Source: Rhodothermales bacterium (GTDB lineage: Bacteria > Bacteroidota > Rhodothermia > Rhodothermales > UBA10348). From it: a DNA stretch of 64,000 bases. This document shows, piece after piece, positions 38,368-48,578 of this stretch. The DNA lies in NCBI GenBank assembly GCA_029249345.1, contig JAQWHM010000011.1, positions 25,916 to 89,915 of the forward strand, read 5' to 3'. The first letter of the stretch is position 1; every line of letters begins with the position of its first letter. The translations under genes and the position numbers were made by a program. The notes beneath the pieces were generated by a model, which saw only the letters and a list, made by a program, of their open reading frames with translations, ran no database searches and had not been told where the DNA came from.

Positions 38368-40221
38368 CTAGCCCACTAATTCGGCTACTTTTTCTGCGAT
38401 TTCGGAGGGACCAAAAGGTCGTCCCTGAACTTTATTGAACGCCTCAAAGGGAAGCAGATACTCATCCCTTAGCACGCGTACGAGTTGACCGTTATTCAAT
38501 TCAGGTACCAAAAACTGTTTGAATTGACTAAACACTTCCGTGAGATCTCCCGGTAACGGGCTAATAAAACGAAGGTGAATAGAGGCAACTTTCAAGCCAG
38601 CAGCGATCGATCGGGTTACCCCTGCCTCGATAGCACCTCGAGTTGAGCCCCAGCCAACGATCAGCAAATCCGCATCTGGATCACCAAAAATTTCTGTCGC
38701 GGGAATCTCTTGCTGAATCCGCTTCACTTTTTCAAAGCGTAGCTGAGTCATCTTCTCATGATTCATTGAGTCATAAGAAACGTTGCCTGAACCATCCTCC
38801 TTCTCGAGACCACCGACGCGATGTTCGAGCCCCGCCGTTCCTGGCTTCGCCCAAGGGCGGGCCAACGTCTTTTCATCACGGAGATAAGGCCAAAACACGT
38901 CCTCACCATCCACTTTATGATTAGGCTTGTCTGCGAACGTTACATCAAACGCATTCAGAGAATCTGAATCTGGAATGAGCCATGGCTCCGAACCATTGGC
39001 CAAGTACCCATCTGAAAGAAGTAGCACCGGTGTCATGTACTTCACCGCAATCCGGCAAGCTTCGTAGGCAACCTCAAAACAGTCGCCTGGCGTACTGGCT
39101 GCAATCACCGGCATCGGAGCATCTCCGTTTCGACCGTAAAGTGCCTGCATCAAATCGGACTGCTCCGTTTTTGTAGGCAAACCAGTAGAGGGGCCTCCTC
39201 GCTGCACATTCACGATCACGAGAGGCATCTCCGTGATCATAGCGAGACCCATGGCCTCGCCTTTTAGGGCGATGCCGGGTCCTGAAGTACCGGTAATGCC
39301 CAAAGCACCACCAAAGCTGGCCCCAATAGCAACACCTACTGCCGCAATCTCATCTTCGGCCTGCACGGTAGCAATGCCATGATGTTTGTAGCGACTGAGC
39401 GTGTGCAAGATGTCTGAAGCGGGAGTGATCGGGTATGAACCGTATACGATCTCAAGTCCGCTCTTGTCGGCTGCTGCAACGAGTCCCATAGCTAGCGCTT
39501 GGACGCCGACAACAGCACGATACCTTCCTGGAGCCAGCTTCGCTGGCTCCACTTCGTAGCGGGTGACAAACTGCTCTGTCGTCTCACCAAAATGGTATCC
39601 TTTTTTGAGCAGCTCAAGGTTAGCATCCTTGATATCCGGCTTTTTGGCGAACTTCTTAGATATCCAATTTCTTGCCGGCTCCACAGGACGTGAATACAGC
39701 CAGAGCGCGAGCCCCAAGGCAAACATATTCTTGGATCGGTCAATCTCTTTTTGATTGAGCGACGATTCCTTGAGGGTTTCCCTGGTTAGACGCGTAAGCT
39801 CAACCTGAATCACCCTGTATTTATCGAGCGACCCATCTTCCAGCGGATTGGAATCCATATTAGCCAGATCAAAGTTTCGCTTTTCAAAAGCGTTACTGTT
39901 CACCAGAATGGTTCCGCCCGTCTTCACTCGATCCACGTTAACTTTCAGAGCGGCCGGATTCATGGAGACTAATAGGTCAACCTTGTCTCCCGGCGTCCGA
40001 ATGTCTACGGATCCGAAATGGAGCTGAAATCCACTTACCCCATAGGTAGTACCAATGGGAGCACGAATTTCAGCTGGAAAATCGGGAAGTGTCGCCAGGT
40101 CATTCATGGCGTACGCAGTGGCGAGCGTGAACTGCGTACCAGTAAGCTGCATTCCATCACCAGAGTCACCCGCAAAGAGTATTGTGGCCTCTGGTAGCTT
40201 TTCGACAGTTTTATTGGCCAT
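38368..40221 (-). CDS. korA: 2-oxoacid:ferredoxin oxidoreductase alpha subunit (gamma-alpha fusion)
   Basis: GDSGDGMQL, FPAEIRAP, YPITPAS, QAEDEI, QRGGPSTGLPTKTEQ. Confidence 0.94.
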   Translation of the reverse strand: MANKTVEKLPEATILFAGDSGDGMQLTGTQFTLATAYAMNDLATLPDFPAEIRAPIGTTYGVSGFQLHFGSVDIRTPGDKVDLLVSMNPAALKVNVDRVKTGGTILVNSNAFEKRNFDLANMDSNPLEDGSLDKYRVIQVELTRLTRETLKESSLNQKEIDRSKNMFALGLALWLYSRPVEPARNWISKKFAKKPDIKDANLELLKKGYHFGETTEQFVTRYEVEPAKLAPGRYRAVVGVQALAMGLVAAADKSGLEIVYGSYPITPASDILHTLSRYKHHGIATVQAEDEIAAVGVAIGASFGGALGITGTSGPGIALKGEAMGLAMITEMPLVIVNVQRGGPSTGLPTKTEQSDLMQALYGRNGDAPMPVIAASTPGDCFEVAYEACRIAVKYMTPVLLLSDGYLANGSEPWLIPDSDSLNAFDVTFADKPNHKVDGEDVFWPYLRDEKTLARPWAKPGTAGLEHRVGGLEKEDGSGNVSYDSMNHEKMTQLRFEKVKRIQQEIPATEIFGDPDADLLIVGWGSTRGAIEAGVTRSIAAGLKVASIHLRFISPLPGDLTEVFSQFKQFLVPELNNGQLVRVLRDEYLLPFEAFNKVQGRPFGPSEIAEKVAELVG

Positions 40222-40408
40222 TTAGAAAGTCTTTTATAGAGATCTGTCTAGGCTTTGGGTAATAAATCTGCGCTAATGTAGCCTATACCAGAATCTTTTG
40301 CCCTATTTCCGGCATAATTGATCCATGTATATTGGTCCAAACGGTTTTACGTTGCTTTCTAGAAGAGGCCTCGTATTATATTGAACCTTCAAAAACACGC
40401 CCGGCATC

Positions 40409-40792
40409 ATGATCCCATACCACGCCATCACCCGTGACATTCAGGTCACCGTTCGCCCCGTGTATCTCGATGGCCAATCGGACGTGCTTTCGAAAAGGTT
40501 CGTATTTGGGTATTTCGTCCGAATTGAAAACCATGGTCCAGAAGACATTCAGCTTCTACGCCGCCACTGGTACATAACTGACGCAAAGGGTAGCGTTCAG
40601 GAAGTGGAAGGTGAGGGAGTTATTGGAAAACAGCCCATCATCGGACCGGGTGAAGTACACGAGTACAATAGCTACTGTGTACTAGAAACGTTCACAGGGC
40701 ACATGGAAGGCACATACACCATGGAGAAGGCCCACGGTGAGCGCCTGAAAGTAGATATCCCCCGATTTGATCTGAAGGCTGCCGCTAACTAA
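40409..40792 (+). CDS. apaG: ApaG (Co2+/Mg2+ efflux-associated) protein
   Basis: QLLRRHWYITD, VEGEGVIGKQP, GHMEGTY, DIPRFDL. Confidence 0.95.
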   Translation: MIPYHAITRDIQVTVRPVYLDGQSDVLSKRFVFGYFVRIENHGPEDIQLLRRHWYITDAKGSVQEVEGEGVIGKQPIIGPGEVHEYNSYCVLETFTGHMEGTYTMEKAHGERLKVDIPRFDLKAAAN

Positions 40793-41109
40793 ATCATTTC
40801 TACCGTGATCATGCGTTCCACGGTCTTGAATTCAATAGCTTGCTTCTCTTTGATCAGGGTATAATCAAGGATTTCCTCGGGAATCATGTCACGTGGCGTA
40901 TCCATGTGAAATAGAGTGTCAGCTACAACATGCCAGTCTTCTGCCGTCAAATAGACGGTAGCCACTCCACTTTCCTCCACCATCGGAGCATAGCCCAACA
41001 CCTTATTCATGTGATTGATGCCCTGCTTTTGATGCAAATTCGGATCGATGTTCATGGGTAGGATGCGTAGATTGCGTATTGATTCGAAAATCGTCTTTTC
41101 CGGTGCCAT
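40789..41109 (-). CDS. Small hypothetical protein (start possibly ATG 41053)
   Basis: Fills the apaG-thyA gap with protein-like composition; 4-bp stop overlap with apaG. Confidence 0.6.
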   Translation of the reverse strand: MAPEKTIFESIRNLRILPMNIDPNLHQKQGINHMNKVLGYAPMVEESGVATVYLTAEDWHVVADTLFHMDTPRDMIPEEILDYTLIKEKQAIEFKTVERMITVEMI

Positions 41110-41146
41110 CTATACCGGTCCGACCTAAAAGATCCTTGACCTGAAC

Positions 41147-41941
41147 ATGAAGCAATATCTCGATCTTCTCCGCCACGTACGAGACAATGGACTCCAAAAG
41201 GAAGATCGCACCGGCACGGGAACGCGGTCTGTGTTTGGATACCAGATGCGTTTTGACCTTCAGGAAGGCTTTCCTTTGGTCACTTCCAAGAAAGTCTACT
41301 TCAAGGGCCTTGCCGTTGAAATGCTTTGGTTTCTCAAGGGAGGTACCAACACTGACTACCTCGTGAACAACAATGTGCACATTTGGGATGCTTGGGCAAA
41401 AGAAGATGGAAGCCTAGGCCCCGTGTACGGAAAACAATGGGTTCGCTGGGCTGGTCAGAATGGAGAAGAAATAAATCAGATCCAGCGTGTCATTGATTCG
41501 ATCAAGACCAATCCGGACTCCCGGCGACATATAGTAAATGCATGGAACGTTTCGGACTTGGACCAGATGGCCTTGCCACCCTGCCATATGTTCTATCAGT
41601 TCTGGGTAGGAGACGGCAAACTATCTTGTCATCTGTACATCCGCTCGAACGACCTTTTCTTGGGAGCACCATTCAATATTGCAGAATATGCACTCTTGAC
41701 GCATATGGTCGCGCAACAATGTGACCTCGAAGTTGGGGAACTGGTATATACCATTGGAGATGCCCACATTTATTTGAATCATCTAGACCAGATAGAAGAG
41801 CAGCTAGCGCGCTCCACGTTTCCGCTATGCCAATTAAAGATCAATCGCCGGCCAGAATCCATATTTGATTACGCATACGAAGACTTTGAGCTGGTGAACT
41901 ACCAGTTTCACCCCAGTATCAAAGCACCGGTAGCCGTCTAA
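41147..41941 (+). CDS. thyA: Thymidylate synthase
   Basis: [38 protein letters not shown]. Confidence 0.97.
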   Translation: MKQYLDLLRHVRDNGLQKEDRTGTGTRSVFGYQMRFDLQEGFPLVTSKKVYFKGLAVEMLWFLKGGTNTDYLVNNNVHIWDAWAKEDGSLGPVYGKQWVRWAGQNGEEINQIQRVIDSIKTNPDSRRHIVNAWNVSDLDQMALPPCHMFYQFWVGDGKLSCHLYIRSNDLFLGAPFNIAEYALLTHMVAQQCDLEVGELVYTIGDAHIYLNHLDQIEEQLARSTFPLCQLKINRRPESIFDYAYEDFELVNYQFHPSIKAPVAV

Positions 41942-42444
41942 TGAATCGTCCCGAGCTAGTTATCATCTCCGCGATTGGTACAAAAACCAGGGTTATCGGA
42001 AAGGGCATGAACTTGCCTTGGCACATTTCTGAGGACTTAAAGCGATTTAAGGCACTCACGTCGGGCTTTCCAGTAGTTATGGGTAAACGAACGTTTGATT
42101 CGTTGATTCATCAACTTGGCAAACCACTTCCCGGCCGACGCAACATTGTCCTATCTCATCACGAGATCTCGTTTCCTCAGTGGGATAATGCAGAGGTGTT
42201 CAATTCAATAGAAAAAGTACTGGACTCAATTGCAGATGCCGAGCGGGTTTTTATTACGGGCGGTGCCACGATCTATGCTGCCTTTCTAGAACAGGTTGAT
42301 CGTCTCGAACTTACCTTAGTCGATGGTGATCATGAAGGGGATGTATTCTTTCCACCGTACGAGCATCTCATCGGAACGATGTACAAAGAAACCGCCCGTG
42401 ACGAGCACGACGGGTTCGCCTTTGTGACGTATGAGCGCATCTGA
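41941..42444 (+). CDS. folA: Dihydrofolate reductase
   Basis: IGKGMNLPWHISEDLKRFK, MGKRTF, PLPGRRNIVLS, ITGGATIY; TAATG coupling to thyA. Confidence 0.95.
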   Translation: MNRPELVIISAIGTKTRVIGKGMNLPWHISEDLKRFKALTSGFPVVMGKRTFDSLIHQLGKPLPGRRNIVLSHHEISFPQWDNAEVFNSIEKVLDSIADAERVFITGGATIYAAFLEQVDRLELTLVDGDHEGDVFFPPYEHLIGTMYKETARDEHDGFAFVTYERI

Positions 42445-42605
42445 GGCGCACTCTTTCCGGTTGTCGTTTTATTTCGCCGTTGATCGAGACTCATATGCTA
42501 TTGGTCTCATCCTGCTCGGGGATTGTTGTGTTGTGCCGTTGTTTTGGGCCAACAACAAGACGCCGCCGCGTTGAAATAGCGCGGTACTAACAAAACTCTA
42601 GTATC

Positions 42606-43118
42606 ATGAAAACGCTATTCAACTTTCTTCTCCCTGTCTTTCTCGCCGTAGCAGTAGTGGGCTGCGATGGAAATGACAATTCAAAAGACGACAGTGCGCC
42701 GTCGTTAAACATCGTAGAAACGGCGGTATCAGCCGGTACATTTGATACCCTCGTAGCTGCAGTTACAGCCGCAGACCTCGTCAGCGTGCTTTCAGGTCCC
42801 GGACCATTCACCGTTTTTGCTCCAACGGAAGCCGCATTTGCTGCGCTGCCCGCAGGAACAGTAGAAACATTGCTCTTGCCCGAAAACAAGGATCAGCTGA
42901 TCGCCGTGCTTACGTACCACGTCGTATCAGGAGCCGTCACATCTGAGCAGGTTGTAGGCCTGACCAGTGCGCCCACCGTGCAGGGTAGCAGTGTCAATAT
43001 CCGAGTCGAAGGCGGCGTAGTGTACATCAACGATGCAGCGGTGACCCAAGTGGATATCGAAGCCTCCAACGGTGTAATCCACGTGATCGATCAGGTCTTG
43101 CTACCTCCAGCAAACTAG
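42606..43118 (+). CDS. Fasciclin (FAS1) domain lipoprotein
   Basis: Lipobox VVGC, FTVFAPTEAAF, LTYHVV, NGVIHVIDQVL. Confidence 0.95.
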   Translation: MKTLFNFLLPVFLAVAVVGCDGNDNSKDDSAPSLNIVETAVSAGTFDTLVAAVTAADLVSVLSGPGPFTVFAPTEAAFAALPAGTVETLLLPENKDQLIAVLTYHVVSGAVTSEQVVGLTSAPTVQGSSVNIRVEGGVVYINDAAVTQVDIEASNGVIHVIDQVLLPPAN

Positions 43119-43136
43119 GTCCTCCTCCGATCTGTG

Positions 43137-43175
43137 AAGGGCGCTTTTCGAGAAATCGAAAAGCGCCCTTTTTTT
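43137..43175 (+). terminator. Intrinsic (probably bidirectional) terminator
   Basis: 15-bp perfect stem with GAAA loop followed by a T-run. Confidence 0.9.
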
Positions 43176-43209
43176 ATGTCTTTACTCGCCGACTGCCTAC
43201 GCCTTGAGA

Positions 43210-44088
43210 TCACGGAAGGAGGGTAGCTACCGAATGCACTTCAAGACCTGAGTCGCCGAGCCCTTGAACAACCTGCTTTACATTCAATAATTGAATAACG
43301 TCTGCAGCGACTAGGCCAGCCGTCGAAGCCACTCCTTCAAGGACGACCATATCCTGAACATTGTAATTAAGAATGATATCCAATCCCGAAGAAGCCGTTA
43401 GTACGGAGGTGAGAAGCGTGAGAGCGGGATTGGTCATAAATGCATTGAATGGGTAAAACACCATAATAGGCCGGACCGGATCTACCCATGTTTCAAGAAA
43501 GGTTATACGCGCCGGATTTGATGGTCGAGTAGCGGTCAGGGTATTCGTGTCAAGATCATACCACTGGAAACCCGACCCCACCTGAATAAGCTTGTCGCCA
43601 CGTTGCATCCCATTATTGCTCACTAATGCGACCCGCACCACATGATCTTGACTATCGACGGTGATATCAAAATCCATGTACGCAAAAATGACCACCATAT
43701 GCTCTGACTGTCCGCCTGGACGAGAGGTGTCGAATGAGGGCGTTGACACAATCGCGAGCTGAGTCGCAAAATCAAATGGGAAGGTCGTTGCATTAGCAGG
43801 AGCAATATCAGGACGAGCCTCTCCAAAGATCACGATGCCTTCGTCCGGCACGCCTGAAATGGCGAATAGCAACGAAACGGCTTCGCCAGATACGTTTGTT
43901 GGTGTTAAAAAGACATTTGCCCCATCCGACTTCGCACTTCTAGCTGCTGATTTACCAGAACTCAGCGTTGAGCTGGTCATCACCGTGTGCGCTTCGAGCT
44001 CAATGTTGGAGTTGTCTTTCGTTCCGTCAGAATCACATCCCGTGACAGATGCGACAATGAAGAGGAGTACGAGAACACGATTTGTCAT
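43210..44088 (-). CDS. Hypothetical lipoprotein
   Basis: Lipobox VTGC, 292-aa ORF, no family recognised. Confidence 0.75.
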   Translation of the reverse strand: MTNRVLVLLFIVASVTGCDSDGTKDNSNIELEAHTVMTSSTLSSGKSAARSAKSDGANVFLTPTNVSGEAVSLLFAISGVPDEGIVIFGEARPDIAPANATTFPFDFATQLAIVSTPSFDTSRPGGQSEHMVVIFAYMDFDITVDSQDHVVRVALVSNNGMQRGDKLIQVGSGFQWYDLDTNTLTATRPSNPARITFLETWVDPVRPIMVFYPFNAFMTNPALTLLTSVLTASSGLDIILNYNVQDMVVLEGVASTAGLVAADVIQLLNVKQVVQGLGDSGLEVHSVATLLP

Positions 44089-44158
44089 GGGAATACCCTC
44101 GAATATGATATCCCACTGTAGTGATGCAGTAACCGAAAATCAAGTTCAACCGATAAGA

Positions 44159-45451
44159 CTAGAGTCCTACTCGGGCTAAAATGGCGTCAATGCGCCTGAG
44201 ATGATATTCATCGTCAAAGCAACTCCTGACCTCTTCTTCGCTCATGTACTCGCGGATCGGAGCAGACTCTAGAACTAGATCTACAAACTGACGCTCCGTT
44301 TCCCAGGCTAACATCGCCGGAGGCTGTACGCGATCATACGCATCTTCGCGCATCAGACCTTTCTCGATGAGCGCATTTAGGAGTCGCTGGCTGTTATAAA
44401 GCCCGAAAGTCCGCTGCATGTTGCGGCGCATGTTGTTCGGATAAACGGTTAGATTGTCAATCACCGTCGCGAATCGACTTAGCGCATAATGAAGAATGGT
44501 GCTAGCATCAGGCAAGATGACTCGCTCAGCAGAAGAATGCGAAATATCGCGTTCGTGCCAGAGAGGAACGTTTTCATAGGCCGTCACCATGTAGCCACGC
44601 AGCATTCGCGCGCAGCCCGTGATATTCTCACTGCTCACTGGATTTCTCTTGTGTGGCATACTCGAAGAGCCTTTCTGTCCTTTGCGGAACGCTTCTTCTA
44701 CTTCGCGGACTTCAGATTTCTGCAAGCCACGAACCTCGACAGCCATCTTCTCTAGCGTGGACCCGATGAGGGCCAGCACACCGACGTAATGCGCATGTCG
44801 ATCTCGCTGTAGAACTTGCGTCGACACCGGAGCCACATCCAATCCTAGAAACTCACACGTGTATTGCTCGACTTCCATCGGAAGGTGGGCAAACGTACCC
44901 ACAGATCCAGATACCTTTCCAACCCGCATGCCTTCTGCCGCAGCTACGAAGCGCTCACGGTTGCGACGCATTTCGTCATAGTAAAGAGCAAACTTTGCGC
45001 CCAGCGTTGTCGGCTCAGCGTGGATACCATGCGTTCGGCCCATCATCAAGGTGTGACGGTGCTCGTCCGCTCGGCGCGCCAACACAGCAATCATTCGATC
45101 AATTTCTGTGAGAATCAGTGCATTAGCTTTTTTCAGCCTCACCGACCATGCGGTATCGACCACGTCCGAAGACGTCAGGCCGTAATGGATCCACTTTCGC
45201 TCATCGCCCAAAGATTCGGACACAGAGCGAGTAAAGGCCACCACATCATGCCGCGTAATTTCTTCGATTTCGTGTATGCGATCCACGTCGAACTTCGCGT
45301 TTTTACGAATCAGTTCTACATCTTTCGCTGGAATAACTCCCAGCTTTGACCACGCCGCACAGGCTTCAATTTCAACTTCAAGCCAAGCATCAAACTGGGC
45401 TTCTTCGCTCCACAGAGCGGTCATTTCAGGACGAGAATAGCGTGCGATCAT
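44159..45451 (-). CDS. purB: Adenylosuccinate lyase
   Basis: [43 protein letters not shown]. Confidence 0.96.
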   Translation of the reverse strand: MIARYSRPEMTALWSEEAQFDAWLEVEIEACAAWSKLGVIPAKDVELIRKNAKFDVDRIHEIEEITRHDVVAFTRSVSESLGDERKWIHYGLTSSDVVDTAWSVRLKKANALILTEIDRMIAVLARRADEHRHTLMMGRTHGIHAEPTTLGAKFALYYDEMRRNRERFVAAAEGMRVGKVSGSVGTFAHLPMEVEQYTCEFLGLDVAPVSTQVLQRDRHAHYVGVLALIGSTLEKMAVEVRGLQKSEVREVEEAFRKGQKGSSSMPHKRNPVSSENITGCARMLRGYMVTAYENVPLWHERDISHSSAERVILPDASTILHYALSRFATVIDNLTVYPNNMRRNMQRTFGLYNSQRLLNALIEKGLMREDAYDRVQPPAMLAWETERQFVDLVLESAPIREYMSEEEVRSCFDDEYHLRRIDAILARVGL

Positions 45452-45587
45452 CAGCGTGCAGGGTCTAACGGTTCGGAAAGCTTTAAGATACTAATTCTAC
45501 TCTCCTTTCAGGATGAATCACGCGGGAAAACCTGTTTCCGAAGGGCAAGATAGACTGAATCTCTACGCTCTTTTGGCATCAACTCAC

Positions 45588-46724
45588 TTAAGTCTGCATT
45601 GTAAACATGCGAGCAAAATAGGTGCTCAATGGGCGACGGAGAATGGTACGGGCTGCCACCCTTTTAATTCCATGCAACAGTCCCGCGAGACCGATCCACA
45701 TATTAAACTCGGCTCGCCTGCGAGCCGAACGCGCTGCGTTTCTACGGCTCTTCGAGTAACCTCGAAAAAGGGCTTCTTGCGAGTCAGGACGCTCCAGCGC
45801 TCCGGCCATAGCCTGGGCAGCTTCGACCGCATCGAGCCAACCAAGATTCATACCCTGCCCTCCAATAGGGCTTACTACATGAGCCGCATCACCGGCTAGC
45901 AAGACCCGACCTTGATGCATTGTTTCTACTAAAACATGTGATGGCGAAAACAAGCTAGTCATCGAGCACGTCTCATGGTCTATTTCATGACCGGTTCGAC
46001 TACGAATAGTATCACAAAGCATCTGCGAGCTTTCGTCCACTGAATCAGTTAACACTACCCAGCGACGCTGTCCATCCGGAAGCGGAAAGGACTCGACTAC
46101 ACCATCCTTACTCAAAAAAATGGCAGCATCCGAAGCGAACGTAGTCGTGTCAGCAAAATCTCCCATTAAATAGGAAACTGGGTAGTCGCCTGATCCAACC
46201 GGGATACCTAATTGAGTTCGCAGACCACTTCTCGCGCCGTCACATATGGCAACATATTGCGCCCGAAAGACCTGACCATCTTCGGTCGTGAGCGCAACAC
46301 CATTTGACTCCTGTTCAATCGTCTTTGCGAAAACTCCTGTATGCAATCTTCCCGGGGCGAGTTCATTGAACCGGGCGACCAGCAACGCCTCTGTTTCAAA
46401 CTGGGGAATACTCAACACGTGCTGGAACGGTGGTGGGCAGTCCGAGAACGACAATTTCCCCAAGAACGTTGGGCCATCAAAAACGAGTCCATTTTCAATA
46501 ACAACCGCTTTCGAAGAAACACTCTCGGCCAATCCAATCTTCTCAAGCGAACGAAGGGCCGGCGGATGAATGCCAATCGATCGGGAATGAAGAGAACGCT
46601 CCGTCCGTCGCTCAAGAATGCAACATTCAATTCCCTTTTGGGCCAAAAGGCATCCCAGATATAGGCCGACCGGTCCGCCGCCTACAATCAACACATCCGA
46701 CTTGGTTTCTGTCATTTTTGCCAT
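45588..46724 (-). CDS. FAD-dependent monooxygenase (UbiH/PheA-like)
   Basis: GGGPVGL, CDGARSGLR, GDAAHVVSPIGGQGMNLG. Confidence 0.9.
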   Translation of the reverse strand: MAKMTETKSDVLIVGGGPVGLYLGCLLAQKGIECCILERRTERSLHSRSIGIHPPALRSLEKIGLAESVSSKAVVIENGLVFDGPTFLGKLSFSDCPPPFQHVLSIPQFETEALLVARFNELAPGRLHTGVFAKTIEQESNGVALTTEDGQVFRAQYVAICDGARSGLRTQLGIPVGSGDYPVSYLMGDFADTTTFASDAAIFLSKDGVVESFPLPDGQRRWVVLTDSVDESSQMLCDTIRSRTGHEIDHETCSMTSLFSPSHVLVETMHQGRVLLAGDAAHVVSPIGGQGMNLGWLDAVEAAQAMAGALERPDSQEALFRGYSKSRRNAARSARRRAEFNMWIGLAGLLHGIKRVAARTILRRPLSTYFARMFTMQT

Positions 46725-47404
46725 GTTAATAGATTTCTAAATAGGGGCATACTTTTGGCGTTCCATCCATCTGGAGCCAGACGAGAGAGTTCGGATGGAA
46801 GATAGGAACGACGTATTGAACGAAGTCCATCCGTCAGGATGAACGAACGTCTAAACATGAGGCCGATGGGAATAAACCCAATAAAAGCAACGTCATCTCT
46901 ACGAATATCGTTGTGAACAACAAGGCGCTTTGCCAACCGTTGAGATTGTTCTAGGAAGGCGTGGATCTCGTTTTCAGCTAAATGGTGTAAAAGGTGATTA
47001 GAGACCACGATATCGAACGATTCTCCGCTTTGGATGAGGCTAGTGGTATCCGCCTGGCGAAACGAAACGGTTTCAGGGAAAGCAACTTTAGAAAGGTATT
47101 CAAATGCATTTGGATCCGGATCTGCGCCCACAATCTCCACGTCGAGGCCATCTGCGGCTGCCCATGCTGACAGCTTGAGAAGCAAGTCTCCCCCGCCACA
47201 GCCGATATCCAAAATAGACTTAGATCCACGTAACAGCTCGGGCCGAATCCACTGCGTGTATACCCTGTGTGCACCCGAAAGCAGTCGATTTACATGATGG
47301 AAATGTCGATACGTATTATTTAACAGCTCCGGATCACAATTCGGATCATCCATGAGCTCAATGAGGTCGCCACGTCGATGTCGAAGAATGAACGCTGGCA
47401 TCAC
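46712..47404 (-). CDS. Class I SAM-dependent methyltransferase
   Basis: ELMDDP, LDIGCGGGD, FDIVVSNHLLHHL, DGLRSIRRSY. Confidence 0.9.
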   Translation of the reverse strand: MMPAFILRHRRGDLIELMDDPNCDPELLNNTYRHFHHVNRLLSGAHRVYTQWIRPELLRGSKSILDIGCGGGDLLLKLSAWAAADGLDVEIVGADPDPNAFEYLSKVAFPETVSFRQADTTSLIQSGESFDIVVSNHLLHHLAENEIHAFLEQSQRLAKRLVVHNDIRRDDVAFIGFIPIGLMFRRSFILTDGLRSIRRSYLPSELSRLAPDGWNAKSMPLFRNLLTWQK

Positions 47405-48504
47405 ACTCTCGTCAGAAGGGCACTTTCAACGGTCAGTCCGGGGCCAAAGGCCATGGCTAGAATCGGTTCTGGACGACCAGACGCAGGGCTCCGCCTGATG
47501 TGATCGAGGACAAACAAGATGGTAGCGCTACTCATATTCCCATAATCTCTCAACACGGCTCTCGAGGCTGTGAGGTCCTCTGCGCCCAGCTCAAGACCTT
47601 GCTCAACCTTATCCAGAATGGCCCGTCCTCCTGGATGAATCGCCCAATGCTCAATGTCTGCTCTCTGGGCATCATTCTCGCTAAGTAACCCATCAACGAT
47701 TTCCGCCACGTTCGCCTCTAGAATGCGTGGAACGTACGTAGATAGAATCATGTCGAATCCATGATCACCAATTGTCCAGGCCATATCTCCTTCGCTATCG
47801 GGAGCAATCGTTGAGTTCAAAGAATCCATCCGAAAAGAGGTGCCAGGCGCTTCATTTCTTGAGGATACTATGGCGCCAGATGCTCCGTCACCGAAAACTG
47901 AAGTAGCCAGAATATCATCGATTTCTTCCGATGGCTCCAGATGCAAGGAGCACAATTCAAGACATACCACAAGCACGACGGCCTCCGGTTCTGCCTCACA
48001 AAATGCTTTCGCCATTTTCAAGGCCGGAAAGGCTGCATAACAGCCCATAAATCCAATATGAAAACGCTTGGTACTCGGATTAAGACCTAGATCCTTCACG
48101 ATATAAAAATCAGGACCTGGCGCAAAAAAGCCGGTGCAAGAAACGGTGATGACGTGAGTTATATCACTCTTTTCTATCCCAGGACATTCGCCTACCAGTC
48201 GCTCGGCGGTTGCCGAAAACATAACTCGGGCTTCCTTTGAATAAAGGTCATTCCTTTCACCAGTGGACGGTGATAAGAACTTCTTCGTGTCAAAGTCGAA
48301 CAACAAGGGGGCATCTGCTCCTTCTCGAAAATCAGGAAGGACACTATGTCGCGTTTCAATTCCTGAATGAGCGTAGATACGTCTCGTCAATCGAGCTGCA
48401 CGACTTCCCTCTTCGAACTTGTGAAGCATGGTTTTTCCCGCTTCATCCTGCGTGTAGGCTGTTTGAGGAACCGTTGTCGTGATGTGATTTAGAAATACGG
48501 GCAT
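47401..48504 (-). CDS. Type III polyketide synthase (chalcone synthase-like)
   Basis: Catalytic triad GFMGCYAA (Cys), IHPGG (His), YGNMSS (Asn); FGDGA, FGPGLTVE. Confidence 0.94.
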   Translation of the reverse strand: MPVFLNHITTTVPQTAYTQDEAGKTMLHKFEEGSRAARLTRRIYAHSGIETRHSVLPDFREGADAPLLFDFDTKKFLSPSTGERNDLYSKEARVMFSATAERLVGECPGIEKSDITHVITVSCTGFFAPGPDFYIVKDLGLNPSTKRFHIGFMGCYAAFPALKMAKAFCEAEPEAVVLVVCLELCSLHLEPSEEIDDILATSVFGDGASGAIVSSRNEAPGTSFRMDSLNSTIAPDSEGDMAWTIGDHGFDMILSTYVPRILEANVAEIVDGLLSENDAQRADIEHWAIHPGGRAILDKVEQGLELGAEDLTASRAVLRDYGNMSSATILFVLDHIRRSPASGRPEPILAMAFGPGLTVESALLTRV

Positions 48505-48578
48505 ATGACCACCTTTAAGGGATCTCATACAACGGACGGAACTCAAAGAAGTGCCAACTCTCTACTACGTGATTGAGG

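Noticed and set aside
41147-42444. thyA-folA coupling as a novelty
   Set aside because: Common, well-known arrangement
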